The translations under genes were made by a program, and so were the position numbers. From Octopus sinensis (Eukaryota): DNA of 64,000 nt. The stretch is from NCBI RefSeq assembly GCF_006345805.1, contig NC_042997.1, positions 211,296,001 through 211,360,000 of the forward strand. The letters run 5' to 3'. Shown here in pieces: positions 1 to 13,257 of the stretch (positions are counted from its first letter, which is position 1; every line of letters starts with the position of its first letter). The notes beneath the pieces were generated by a model. That model was not told the DNA's origin and searched no databases. It saw nothing but the letters and a program-made list of their open reading frames with translations.

Positions 1-296
1 AACTACAATTAATCAATGTTATATACCTCTAGTGTTTGCTTGGCACCTAAAAGATTCTCCTGCAGCAGGGGACAGGCAGACTCATCAAAGAAATCATAAA
101 CCCTTGCCTAAACATAAATGGTTTCCGTGATAAATGTTGACCCCATTTATTTTGGGGGAAAAGATTGTGTTGATGACACAGTGCCCGAAACCCTTCATTG
201 GTTAAATCCCCTTTTCAACCCCTTCAACTATTTACATGGCCAATGTGTTTGTCTCCTACACTTCTGTGGCTTGATTCTATGTACAGTTAACTTTTA

Positions 297-421
297 CTAG
301 TAGGACCCATGAATATTTGACGGGATTAATAGTAAACCTATTGAGTTATTCCTGAAAACTTTATCCAGAAAATCTGAAAGCAGAGCCTGTGTAGTGTCTG
401 TATCAGAAGATAGTCTCCCGT
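297..421 (-). CDS. Candidate terminal exon GRLSSDTDTTQALLSDFLDKVFRNNSIGLLLIPSNIHGSY-stop
   Basis: cttttcactgaataacag acceptor and a protein-like frame ending in TAG at 297-299; the frame is phase 1 whereas E22 ends in phase 2. Confidence 0.4.
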
Positions 422-477
422 CTGTTATTCAGTGAAAAGTGAAGGAAATTGGAGTCCAATGATTACTTAATGCACTT

Positions 478-548
478 TATATACAGTTTATATATACAGT
501 TTATATATACAGTTTATATATACAGTTTATATATACAGTTTATATACA
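478..548. repeat. 13-bp microsatellite (ATATATACAGTTT)n
   Basis: About 5-6 tandem units. Confidence 0.9.
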
Positions 549-1039
549 ATTTATGCACAGGTCTCTAGATTTAATACACAGCAATCATAAAATAAATATT
601 TACTCTTACTTTTCCATTTTCCCCATAAACAGAAAAAATTACATTTTAAAATTTGCATGGCCACAATTTCATATCTAAAACACAAAACTTTTATAGTAAA
701 AAAAAATTATTCTATATGTTAAACATAGGGGTCACAATTTCACGGGGGTAAAAACTGAATGCAACATGGCATACTCTGAAAACCAGATTGTTGGTAACTT
801 TCAAGCCAAGGCGATGGGTCAGAACCAATACACATTTCAATTTGCGTACATCTTTCAATCCAATACTTCTTGGCAGATTATGTTCTTCATATAAGTTCTC
901 CCTCTTCTTTTCAGTGTCTGTTTGTCAATGTTGGTAACTTTTTTGCGACCCTTTGAGAATGCAACATATAGCTGACCATGGCCAAATACAGGTTCAGCCA
1001 AGAACAGCCCCACTTCACCAAATGTCGGCCCTTGTGATT

Positions 1040-1470
1040 TATTGTACCCTGAATTCATCACTATACTTATTGTCAGCCATCACCTTAATGACAGTATCCA
1101 TGTATAAGGCTTGTACAGCTCATGCCAACCACTCCTACTCCTAGTTTCTGTATTGCCCACCAGATAAGGGATCAGGGGACCCTGCCAAAGGCTTTCTCCA
1201 TGTCAACAAAGACCAAATGCAGACGTTTATCTTTGACCATGTTTTTCACCTGTAGTTGCCTCACCAGCAAGATAGCATCAGAAGTGCTTCTTTCAGGTAC
1301 AAAACCAAACTATGCCTTATCTCAGCTAATTAATTCCTAATTAACTCCTAATTAATTGAGCATTGACCCAACCCTTTCTGTAACTTTCATCCCTTGCTCT
1401 AGCAATTTGATACCTGTGTAATTATGTCTGTCTCAGGTATCACTTTTACCTTTGTAGCAACATCATTAAC
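1040..1470 (-). mobile_element. RTE RT fragment
   Basis: Antisense match to the 9050-9370 RT region (e.g. gagaaagcctttggcagggtcccc). Confidence 0.75.
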
Positions 1471-1647
1471 ACCCATTTTCCATGCTGGCATGGATGGATT
1501 GACAGGGAACTGGCCAGCTGGAACACTGCATTAGACACCAATGTCATCTTTGGCATGGTTTCCACAGCTGGATGCTCTTCCGAACACCAACCACTTAACT
1601 GAGTGTATTGAGTACTTTACTTGCAGCACTGAGTTCATTATAATATT

Positions 1648-1878
1648 GCGGCGAGCTGGCAGAACCATTAGCACGCCAGGCGAAATGCTTAGCGGTATTT
1701 CGTCTGTCGTTACGTTCTGAGTTCAAATTCCACCGAGGTCGACTTTGCCTTTCATCCTCTCGGGGTCGATAAATAAAGTACCAGTTTTGCACTGGGTCAA
1801 TGTAATCGACTTAATCCCCTTGTCTGTCCTTGTTTGTCCCCTCTGTGTTTGGCCCCTTGTGAGTAGTAAAGAAATATA
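1648..1878 (+). mobile_element. tRNA-derived SINE family B (about 230 bp, Meta/MESC-like centre)
   Basis: ggcgagctggcagaa...gagttcaaattcc...gactttgcctttcatcc(t)tcggggtcgataaa(a)taagtaccag; the domain name is from memory. Confidence 0.75.
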
Positions 1879-2015
1879 TAATATTGCTACACCAGTTGTT
1901 GAGTATGAGTCCCTCATGGATGATGCAATTAACTAAAGGGGTGACCAGGCCATCTCCCACTTCACCTGATGTGTGTGTGTGTGTTAGTGAGTAGAACAAA
2001 AAATCTTTGACTTAC

Positions 2016-2203
2016 GGGATCCTATAGTTTAACGAAGCAAACCTCCAGAGTGGATCATATCCGCCATAAAAGATCGGTTGAGCACCTTGGTAACGGCTTA
2101 ATTCTTTCAAGTAGAGTTCTCGGAAATGTAATGCTTCTTGCTCTTGCAGACTTTTCGTAGATAAAGCATTCTCATAGTTGAGTCGCATCTGATGCAATTC
2201 ACT
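2016..2203 (-). CDS. ANKRD26: Exon E22 (phase 0-2) [63 protein letters not shown]
   Basis: ttatttcag acceptor, CC|gtaagt donor, 188 nt. Confidence 0.85.
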
Positions 2204-3164
2204 CTGAAATAAATCATTAATTTATGAGGAATAATGTCCAATGGTGCTGACAACTCCAGCAGTTGGCACTGAACCATTTTTGCAGAACCATTTCATATAA
2301 GAATATAATATCTTAATATTTTGTTGTGTCTGGGGAGAGTCATTGTTTTAATGCCTTATTAACCCTTTCGTTACTGCATTTATTTTGAGATGCTCTGGGT
2401 TTCTTTCAATTACTTTAAATATAACAAAGAATTTAGTAAAATAACTTAGTTATTATTCAGCTAGTGTTAGGAACATAAATTGCGACTAAGGTTTGGTGGA
2501 AGATTTTAATTCAGAACTTATGAAAACAAGACATTTGTACTACAGAGCCAGAGGTGGTTTCAGCCAGGTTGGTATCAAAAGGGTTAAGAATTGTTACTCT
2601 ATTATATATTTTAACCCTTTTGTTACCATATTTATGTTGAGATGCTCTGGGTTTCTTTCAATTACTTTTATATATAACAAAGAATTTAGTAAAATAACTT
2701 AGTTATCATTCAGCTAGTGTTAGGAACATAAATTGTGACTAAGGTTTGGTGGAAGATTTTAATTCAAAATTTATGAAAACAAGTAAATTGTACTACAGAG
2801 TCAGTTTCAGCCGGGTTGGTCATGAAAGGGTTAATTAATAAAACCACTCACTGGTTCTATTTCCGCTCATTTACTTATTTGGGCTTTTGTTCCATATACA
2901 AGCCTGCCAGAACTGTTCACTGGACAAGATACGTTGTAGCATTTTGTCCTTCTTAACATTCAAATTTTTTGAAGTTGACTTTGCATTTCAGGGTCTTTCA
3001 AATCCATTCCAGCTGAGCCCTGGGGATGATGGAATCGACTTAGCCCCTCCCCTCAAAATTGTGCCCACAGCAGGAAGGAATATTTGTTTAATATATGTTT
3101 GATATTTTTTAATATTGAGGATCTGTGCTCATCTGGTTTTTAAACTTTGGGTTATAGAGATGCA

Positions 3165-3199
<35 letters not shown>

Positions 3200-3491
3200 A
3201 TGTAATTATATCTTCCTTGTTTCAGTCATTCAATTACAGCCATGCTGGAGCACTGCCTCAAAGATTCTTAGTTGAGCCAATCAGCCCCAGGACTTATTTT
3301 TTGTTGGTTTCTTTTTTAAATCCTGGTACTCATTCTATCAGCCTCTTTCGCTGAACTGTTGGCATCGTTTAATGTCTGTTTTCCATGCTGGGATGGGTTG
3401 GACGGTTTGATTGAGGACTGGCAAGCCAGCAGCTGCACCTGGCTCCAATATGACCTGGCAAGGTTTCTACAGCTGGATGCCCTTCCAAACA

Positions 3492-3528
<37 letters not shown>

Positions 3529-3818
3529 CGAGACCGACCAGGCTATCAGATGTTGCTACACATCGCTGGTCACAATGCGCTTTGCATTGTTTTAGCCTTC
3601 GAATGACACCACCCCGCTGGCTAAGCGAGCAGGCCAACAGAAGAAAGAATGAGAGAAAGTTGTGGCGAAAGAGTACAGCAGGGATCACCACCACCCCCTG
3701 CCGGAGAAAGCTTTAGGTGTTTTCGCTCAATAAACACTCACAACGCCCGGTCTGAGAATCAAAACCGCGATCCTACGACCGCGAGTCCGCTGCCCTAACC
3801 ACTAGGCCATTGCGCCTC

Positions 3819-3874
<56 letters not shown>

Positions 3875-5041
3875 TATACATACAGTTGTATATGTCCTTT
3901 GAAAACAAGGTGCACTGGATATCAATTAAGTGCCCTGATATGAGAAATGTCTAAAACCTTAAAAAGATATTTAGAGATTCCATGAGAGCGATCATATATT
4001 AGAGAGTAAAAAGTTGGAAAAGTTATATCTTAAAAATCACAATTGACATAATCCCATAATATAAGCAAAATTGTATTAATGAATAAATAAATAAAGTACA
4101 GCTATGATCATTAAAAATTCCTTTTTTTTTTAATGTTTTAAAAGTCCTTATGATCGTTTCATGAATATACCACCTCTCAGAATGAAATCTAAAGTTGATA
4201 AGCATCGTTAGGAAGTATATGATTAATAATGATATCTCCTGGTTTTGTCTCGATAAATAAAAAAGCCACAATTAATCGCTTTTATTCTCTTACATTTATG
4301 GATTACACAAGCAGGAGGAAATGGATCATGGGAATTCTGTAGCTACGTCCCCGTGCCGGTGGCACGTAATAGCACCATCCGTTCGTGTCCGTTGCCAGCC
4401 TTGCCTGGCCCCCATGCCAGTGGCACGTAAAAGCACCATCCGCTCGCGTCCGTTGCCAGCCTCGGGTGGCACGTAAAAAGCACCCACTACACTCTTGGAG
4501 TGGTTGGCGTTAGGAAGGGCATCCAGCCGTAGAAACACTGCCAGATCAGACTGGGTCTGGTGCAGCCTTCTGGCTTCACAGACCCCAGTTGAACCGTCCA
4601 ACCCATGCCAGCATGGAAAACGGACGCTAAATGATGATGATGATGATGATGATGATGACAAAGTAATTGCAGATTCTTACCACGCATTCTAACCATAAAT
4701 TTAGTTTACTTTTTCAAAATTTCTCTCTCAAATTTACATCCACACAGACTTATACCAGTAATTTCAAATGGCAACTCCCTCGTTCGATTTCCTTCACTGA
4801 AATTCATCCTTTTCTCTGATGAGTGGACAGACTTCTTCCCAACAATGCTTATCAACTTTAGACTTCATTCTGAGAGGAAACCTATTCTTGAAATGATCGT
4901 AAGAACTTTTAAAACATTAAAAAAAATGTTAATGGTCACAGCTGTACTTCATTTATTAATTAATACAATTTTGATTATAATATGGACTTACCTCTATTGT
5001 GATTTTTAAGATATGTAATATTGCCAACTTTTTACTCTCTA

Positions 5042-5084
<43 letters not shown>

Positions 5085-6090
5085 AACATAGGCGATCTGA
5101 AAAATAACAAACAGAAGTGTATCTTTGGTGGTAAAAAGCCATTATCTAATTAGTTAAGCAAAGTGAGGGTAAGAGTGAGTTTACAGCTGTTTCGGAGTAC
5201 CATAGTTGAGGTAAATATTTACCTTGTTGCAAATGGTAGACGTCATCAGAACGAAGAAGGCAGAGACAGACAAAGAGGAGAATAACACGAAAGACAGAGG
5301 GAGAAATCGGAAAAGCAGACACATGGAAGTCATGCTAATAACTAACTACGAGACTTCACATTCCACCATCCTCTATTCTTCAACTGCATCAAAATGGATT
5401 TAATGAACTTTGAACACAACTAAAATGTAAGACTTTCGATTCATTGATCGTTTTCTTTTCTGACTTCTTCTATTTTTCGCTCTATTCTTGTCTTTGTCTA
5501 TCGCAACCTTCTTCGTTCTGATGATGTCTACCATTTGCAAAGTTGGTAAATACATATTTACCTCAACTATGGTACACAGTAACAGCTGTAAACTCCCTCT
5601 TACCTTCATCTTCCTTAACTAATTAAATAATGGCTTTTTACCACCAAAGACAAACTTCTATTTGTTGTCTTTCCTCCATTTTCTGATCGTCTATATATAC
5701 ATTAAACTACGGTTTACCTTTTTAAATCACCTGCTGCCGTATACCTTATACCAAGGACCATACTTACTGAAGTAATTACCAGGAGTGCCTCTGGATACTT
5801 CTGTCCCTTAGAGGGCTTAACACCTCCAACTTATACCTTATATATATATATATGTATAAAAAGGTTGAATTAGATTCGTCCTTTAATTTGGAGGTTTCCC
5901 AAAAAAGATTTCTAATATACATTCTTAATATTTTACTGGTAGCTTACAGGCGTAAGTCTGCAGATATGAAGATAATACTTGTATAGGGTGTGTTGTGAAT
6001 TTACAGAAAGGAATCCCATAAAACTCAATAAATTTGTTAAAAATGGAGAAGAGAAGGTATTAAAATATATAAGAGAATTTTAATTCATGC

Positions 6091-6127
<37 letters not shown>

Positions 6128-9100
6128 TATATATATATATATCATCATCATTTAATGTCTGCTTTCCATGCTAGCATGGGTTGGACGATTTGATTGAGGA
6201 CTGGCGAACCCGATGGCTGCACCAAGCCCCAATCTTGATCTGGCAGAGTTTCTACAGCTGGATGCCCTTCCTAATGCCAACCACTCCGAGAGTGTAGTGG
6301 ATGCTTTTATGTGCCACTGGCGCAAGGGCCAATCAGGCGGTACTGGCAACGGCCACGCTCAAATGGTGTTTTTTTATGTGCCACCAGCACAGGAGCCAGT
6401 CCAGTGGCACTGGCAATGACCTCACTCGAATGTTTTTTTCATGTGCCAGTAAGGTGACACTGTATATATGTATATATATGTGTGTGTGTAAATGCATGTG
6501 TGTATATACGTATAGCACTTATTACATAAACAGCAAGTAAAAGCCACAAAGTGAAGCTGCCAGATATAAAAAGTTAGATCAGGTAAATGCCAACCTGTAA
6601 GTTGACTTTTAATTAAATTTAAATTAATTAATGGATCACTGTCAATGCTCAAAACATAATTATTAATTTATTCACACACAAAGATAAACACAAATTTACA
6701 GATTAAAATATACACCACATACTTATTTATATACATCAATCTAAATCGATTCACCTGTAACTTGTTCTTGTCAGCAGAAATTCTGTTCTCTTTCTCGGTC
6801 ATCAGTTTTTCATATTGTTCGTGTTGTTGTTGTAGAAAATGGTTGACCTCTTCCAGTTTTTTACTTAATTCAATCCGGAGTTGTTTGTCAAGCTGAGGAT
6901 GTCTCTGGTATCTAAAATCATCCGTCTGCAAACACATTTCATGATAACAGATTCATATCAGAAATAATTACATTGACATATTACTAATTATGGGACGATC
7001 CATTATTACTAGACAAGCTGCCATTCTTCACACCATTCAAATCAAATTTTGCAAATAATATCAAACAGTTTTCAAAACTGCCTGCTGATCATAACATTTT
7101 GTTTCTCTAAACTCTTGGATTATTTTTTGGTCATAGATTTGATAAGGGGAAGCTTTCCCGAAATATAATAGAAACATTAAACTATATACATACAGTAATA
7201 CAATTCATCATCATCATCATCACCGTCATCGTTTAATATCCTCTTTCCAATGCTGGCATGGGTTGGACAGTTTGACTGAGCTCTGGAGAGCCAGATGGCT
7301 GCACCAGGCTCCAATCCGATCTGGCAAAGTTTCTACAGATGGATGCCCTTCCTAATGCCAAAAATTATGTATCAATATCATATATACATGTGTAGATACT
7401 GTCTTGACACCTAGGACTTCTTGGGCTTGTTATTAGGTGTCCACTATATGTGACTGAAATCAAAACATTTCCCCTGGATGGGATGCTAGTCCCTCACAGT
7501 GTTACTCAGTTACAGATGAGTGGACTGAAGCAAGACAAAATGAAGTGTTTTGCTCAAGAACACAATACACTGCCCAGTCCAGGAATTGAAACCAAGATCC
7601 GGTGATTGTGAGTGCCACATTCTAATCACTGCTTGGCCACACATTTTCACGATGCAGAGTGGTTGGCATTAGGAAAGGCATCCCAGCTGTAGAAACCATG
7701 CCAAAACAGAAGTGGAGCCTCGTGTGGCTGCTGGCCATACCAGCTCCTGTCGAACCATCCAACCCATGGAAGCTGGACACTAAATGATGATGATGTGTAC
7801 AATGTATATCATCATCATCATCATCATCGTTTAATTTCCGTTTTCCATGCTGGCATGGGTTGGATGGTTCGACCAGGGTCTGGGAAGCCAGGAGGCTGTA
7901 CCAAGCTCCAGTCTGATCTGGCACTGTTTCTATAGCTGGATGCCCTTCCTAACGCCAACCACTCTGAGAATGTAGTGGGTACTTTGTACGTGCCAGGCGA
8001 GGCTGGCAATGGCCACGATCGGTAGGTGCTTTTTACGTGCCACCGGCACGTTGAAGCGGCGCTGGCAACAGCCATGTTCAGATGGTGTTTTTTATGTGCC
8101 ACCAGCACTGGTATCACAACTACAATTTCCATTGATTTTTTTTTATCAATTTCGATTATATATATATATATAAACAGAAAAACTATTAATTCTAAATCTC
8201 TGAATGAGAAACAAGCAACAACAGTACATCAGAGTAGAGTTTATTTGCCAGCATAAAGTGGCAGTCCTGATTAGGACTAATGTTACTGTTATTTAACCCC
8301 AGGAAAACATTGTCTGCAGCTGGCTATCGACGCACTAACTGCATCATTTAAATTTATATCATTGAGGTAGCCTGCAGAAAGGTGTTGTAGAAACAACTCT
8401 TCAGTATTTCTGAAAGCCTTACCTGTGGGGCACATACCAAGATAACTGTCACTGTTGAATTAGTTTACAGCTCGCCTCATCTTGATTACCCTATCACCAT
8501 ACCCGGACCACTTGGATTCCTTTTTGCTATCCATTTCTCAGCTAACAATATGCCTGCTCCACTCCCGTCATCATTGTCACTTCCCCATTGACATAGAAAT
8601 TCTTCTGGGGAAGTAACAGTGTCAGATATTTATATACACATATAAATCTCAGGCAGTTTTATACTAATTTCAAAGTAAATTTAGGCAAAATTGTTTACAT
8701 TATTCAAGAATATGGGTTTCAAAACTTCAATGTTTAGGAAGCAGAGTGGCAAAACTGTGACAGCATTGTACTAAATACCTGTATTATTTAGTTACACACA
8801 CACACTTATATATCAGGGTATGAAGACAGGCAAAGCCCCTGGCCCATCAAGAATCATTGCTGAGATGCTTAAAATATCTTGCAGTGTAGGCTATAGTTTA
8901 GTCACTTGTATAATCAATCAGGTGATACATGAAGGAGTCATACCCAAAGACTGGTGTAGCAGCACCATAGTCAACTGCTACAAAGGTAAAGGTGATGCTT
9001 TAGATACAAATAATTACAGAAGTATCAAGTTGTTGGATCAAGTAATGAAAGTCATGGAGAGGATTATAGCCCAACTAATTAGGGAGAGAGTCAGTCTAGA

Positions 9101-12100
9101 CGAGATGCAGTTTGGGTTTGTGCCGGGGAAAAGCACCACTAATGCTATATTTCTGGTAAGACAGCTGCAGGAGAAATTCCTGGCCAAAGATAAACCTCTG
9201 TGCTTGGCTTTTTTTGATATGGAGAAGGCCTTTGACAGGGTGCCCAGATCCCTTATCTGGTGGTCAATACAGAAACTAGGGATAGATGAGTGGTTGGTAA
9301 GAGCTGTACAAGCCATGTATAGGGATGCTGTCTGTAAGGTGAAGGTTGGCAATGAGTATAGTGAATAATTCAGGGTATAAGTAGGGGTTCGCCAAGGATC
9401 AGTCCTCATCCCTTGCTTATTCATCATAGTCCTCCAGGCAATAACAGAGGAATTCAAGACAGGCTGCCTCTGGGAGCTCCTCTTTGCTGATGACCTTGCT
9501 CTGATAGCTGAGTCATTACCAGAACACTACCAGAAGTTTCGGGTGTGGAATCAAAGAGTAGAATCAAAGGCCCTTAGAGTTAACTTTGTAAAAAAACAAA
9601 GTCTTAGTAAGTAGGAAGGTGTACAAATCACAAATCCCTTCAGGTAGATGGTCTCGCTTGAACTGTAGAAAAGGTATGGTAGAAACTCCATAAGATGTAC
9701 CCAGTGTAAGCTAATGACGCATAAGAAGTGCAGCGATATCAAAGGAAGGCTAATTGGGAAGATAGTTTTTATAAGTGGAAAATGCTCAAGAGCAATAACA
9801 TGTAAAGAAAACAGATTCCATCACATGCCAGGGGGAAAAAACTAGAAGAAGTTGACAGCTTCCGTTACCTAGGTGACCAAGTCAGTAGCAGGGATGGATG
9901 CTCTGAGAGTGTAGCTGCTAGAATAAGAATAGGCTGGACAATGTTCAGACAGCTCCTACCTCTGCTGGTGCCAAAGGGCCTCTCACTCAGAGTGAAAGGT
10001 AGACTATACGATGCCTGTTTGCAAACAGCCATGCTACACGGCAGTGAACCCTGGGCTGTGATTACTGAGGACATGCAAAGACTTGAAAGAAACGAAGTCA
10101 GTATGCTTCGCTGGATGTGTAATGTCAGTGTGCATATACGACAGAGGGTAAGCGTCCTGAGAGAAAAGTTGTAGATAAGAAGCATCAGATGTGGTGTTCA
10201 AATACTTACTGCATTGAATCTATCGTCAAATACCATATCAGATTGTAGCGGAAGAGAATATGAAAGATGGTTTCCAGTCTAAAAAAAGAAGACAATATGT
10301 TTAAAGTGTATTATTGCAAGAATGTCAACAGCAAATCAAATGAAAGTTTGGTAAAATGGAAGACTGATACAATCACTCTGAGATACAATTCCCATAGAAA
10401 GAAGGGTCAACCACTGCTAAATAGTCACTAACCCTAAGTATCCAACCAAACATATAAAATCCTGAGCACAATACAATATTGCTAAGATAAAATTTCAACA
10501 ATGGTACGTCTATACAAACCATATTGTCTTTGGGTTTCGTTCTGGATTTCAAAGCTGTAATTTCACACTGAAGAAGATGGTTCCTCAAAAGAATATAAAA
10601 CAATTATTTAGTTGACATCGTTTGCAAAATAAAAATGGGTGACAGGAAGTTAATTCAAGTCATCCATAAGAATCTGAAAAGAGAGTAAACAAAATCCAAT
10701 CCCCAGGGGTCATGTGTGTGTGCTGGAGTGGGGTGGGGGTGGTAGATGCACCATTGCACAGCATTGCTGCTTTCACCATTTGCTGGTATATTCTTGGGTC
10801 CTCCAAGGAGACCCTTCAAACAGAGTTCCAGTCAGTCCCCAGCTCTGCAAGATACCTCCTCATCTGCCATGAGCATGTGGTTATGTGGTTGACCAACACA
10901 AACCTCAGTGAAGAGAGAATAGTAAAGCAAGAGCTAACATTATGCACATTATTTACATTAGACGGATATTTGTCCACATTGTGTTTGTTATTAACACAAT
11001 GTTTCGGCTGATATACCCTCCACCCTTCATCAGGTGTCTTGGGGAAATTTCAAACCTAGGTTCTCATTCCTAAGGTATTTTCGATGTTGTCGTTGTTGTT
11101 ATTATTATTATTATCATTATTCAGGTCCTTGCCTGGAATCGAACTGTCATATGACATAGTGGTTAAGAGTACAGGCTACAAACCCCAAGATTTCAAATTC
11201 GATTCCAGGCAGGGACCTCAATAATAATAATAACAACAACATCGAAAAATACATCAGGAATGAGAAGCCAGGTTTGAAATTTCCTCAAGACACCTGATGA
11301 AGGCTGGAGGGTATATCAGCCGAAGCATGTTAACAAGAAACAAGATGAGGAACAAATATCCGTCAAATGTAAATAATGTACATAATTCCTCATCTCTTAA
11401 ATATAGAAGAGCAAGAGCTAACTCGGAAAACCAAGCCACATGGCCACCCAATCTGAGCTGGTTCTCCCGAATCATACAAGTAACAAGACACATCCCAGTT
11501 TCTGAGTAGAATTTTCAGCTGGAGATGAAATCTGACCAATGGCAACCCATAATCCAGCAAAGTGTCCTGGCACCAAATGAGTTGAGGTGGCTCCTGAGGG
11601 CCCTGGACAGTGTCAAAGTCTTACAACTAAAGAACAGAAACCTAAAGACCTGGACGCTTGCCTTCCAGCTTGGATATTGGCAGCACCAGACAGCCTCAAG
11701 TCCAATGAGTTCATAACTGCTCCAGCCACGTCTCCAAGTCTTTTTAGGACGTCAGACTCACAGCTAACGGCTGCGATAGATTGCCTATGTTTTTATTAAG
11801 GTAACAATGATAGCACCAGGGATTCTATCAGGGATGAAACCTTCTTTAAAGAATAGGATCTTAATAAATTAAGCAATTATTGGTCTGTTGAAAGTTTTCT
11901 AGAATAAGCCATTTTCATTTTAACAAGAGTGAAATAGCTGTTGCAGTTGGTCAATAGTGAATGCCTTCTTAAGGCATTCGATTCATGGCTGTAATGGGAC
12001 TTCAACATGAAGTTCCCTTACATCAATGGTTCCCAACCCTCTTATTTAAATTAGTTTTAATATGCTTATCCTTATGTGTGTGTGTGTATATATAAATCAT

Positions 12101-13224
12101 CATCATTATTGCTTAACATACGTTTTCTATGCTGGCATGGGTTGGACGGTTTGACTGGGGTCTGGAGAGCCAGGAGGCTGCACCAGGCTCCAATCTTGAT
12201 CTGACAGAGTTTCTACAGCTGGATGCCCTTCCTAACGCCAACTACTCCAAGAGGGTAGTGGGTGCTTTTTACATACCATCAGCACAGGAGCCAGTCAGGT
12301 GGCACTGGCATTGGCCACGTTCAGATGGTGCTTTTTACGTGCCACCAGCACAAGAGCCAGACGGGTTAAGGGGGCTGGTATCGACCATATTTGGATGGTG
12401 CTTTTTACATGCCACCGGCATGGGAAGCCACTCAAGCAGCACTGGCAATAACCCATGCATGGGTGGTGCTTATTGCATGCCACCAGCAAGGGAGCCAGTC
12501 AGGTGACACTGGCATCAGCCACATCTACGACATCACTTGCCTCAACAGGTCTTAGCAAGCACAGTTTATTGCCCAATGATTGAAGGGTACCCTTAGATGG
12601 GCCGGTTATGATGCACTGGCATAGGCCACGGTTACGGTCTCACTTGGTTTGCCGGGTCTTCTCAAGAACAGCATATCTCCAAAGGTGGAGACATGAATTC
12701 TTAGATGTTTACAGGAGAATCTAAGAAGGCAAGAAATGCAGACAGAGATTGATGGGGATGCTGTCATTCGGTGAGAAGAATTTACATGGAAGAAGCTAAG
12801 AATTGTGAGCAACCTCTTTGATGCCAGCAGGAATAATGCTTGTCTTTCTACAATAAACATAAAGCCCGAAATTTGTGGGAGGCTGTTATTTGATCACCTC
12901 AACCCCAGTACATAACTGGTACCTATTTTATCGGCACTGAAGGGGTGAAAAGCAAAGTCAACCTCAGTGGAGTTTGAACTCGGGACATAAAATATCGTTT
13001 GTTTTTTTTTTCCAGACCCTCTCTGTCTTATAAAGAAAAGAAATAAAACAATAGGCATAGGAGTGGCTGTGTGGTAAGTAGCTTGCTAACCAACCACACG
13101 GTTCCAGGTTCAGTCCCACTGCGTGGCATCTTGGGCAAGTGTCTTCTGCTATAGCCTCGGGCCAACCAAAGCCTTGTGAGTGGATTTGGTAGACGGAAAC
13201 TGAAAGAAGCCTGTCGTATATATG

Positions 13225-13257
<33 letters not shown>

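Noticed and set aside
3740-3820. tRNA-like sequences (also about 48835-48913, 11150-11215 and the SINE-A/B heads)
   Set aside because: They are SINE heads fused to repeat bodies, with no complete acceptor stem.
8415-8430. Strong minus-strand donor CAG|gtaagg
   Set aside because: It lies inside an RTE endonuclease remnant with stops; E20-E21 already join in phase.
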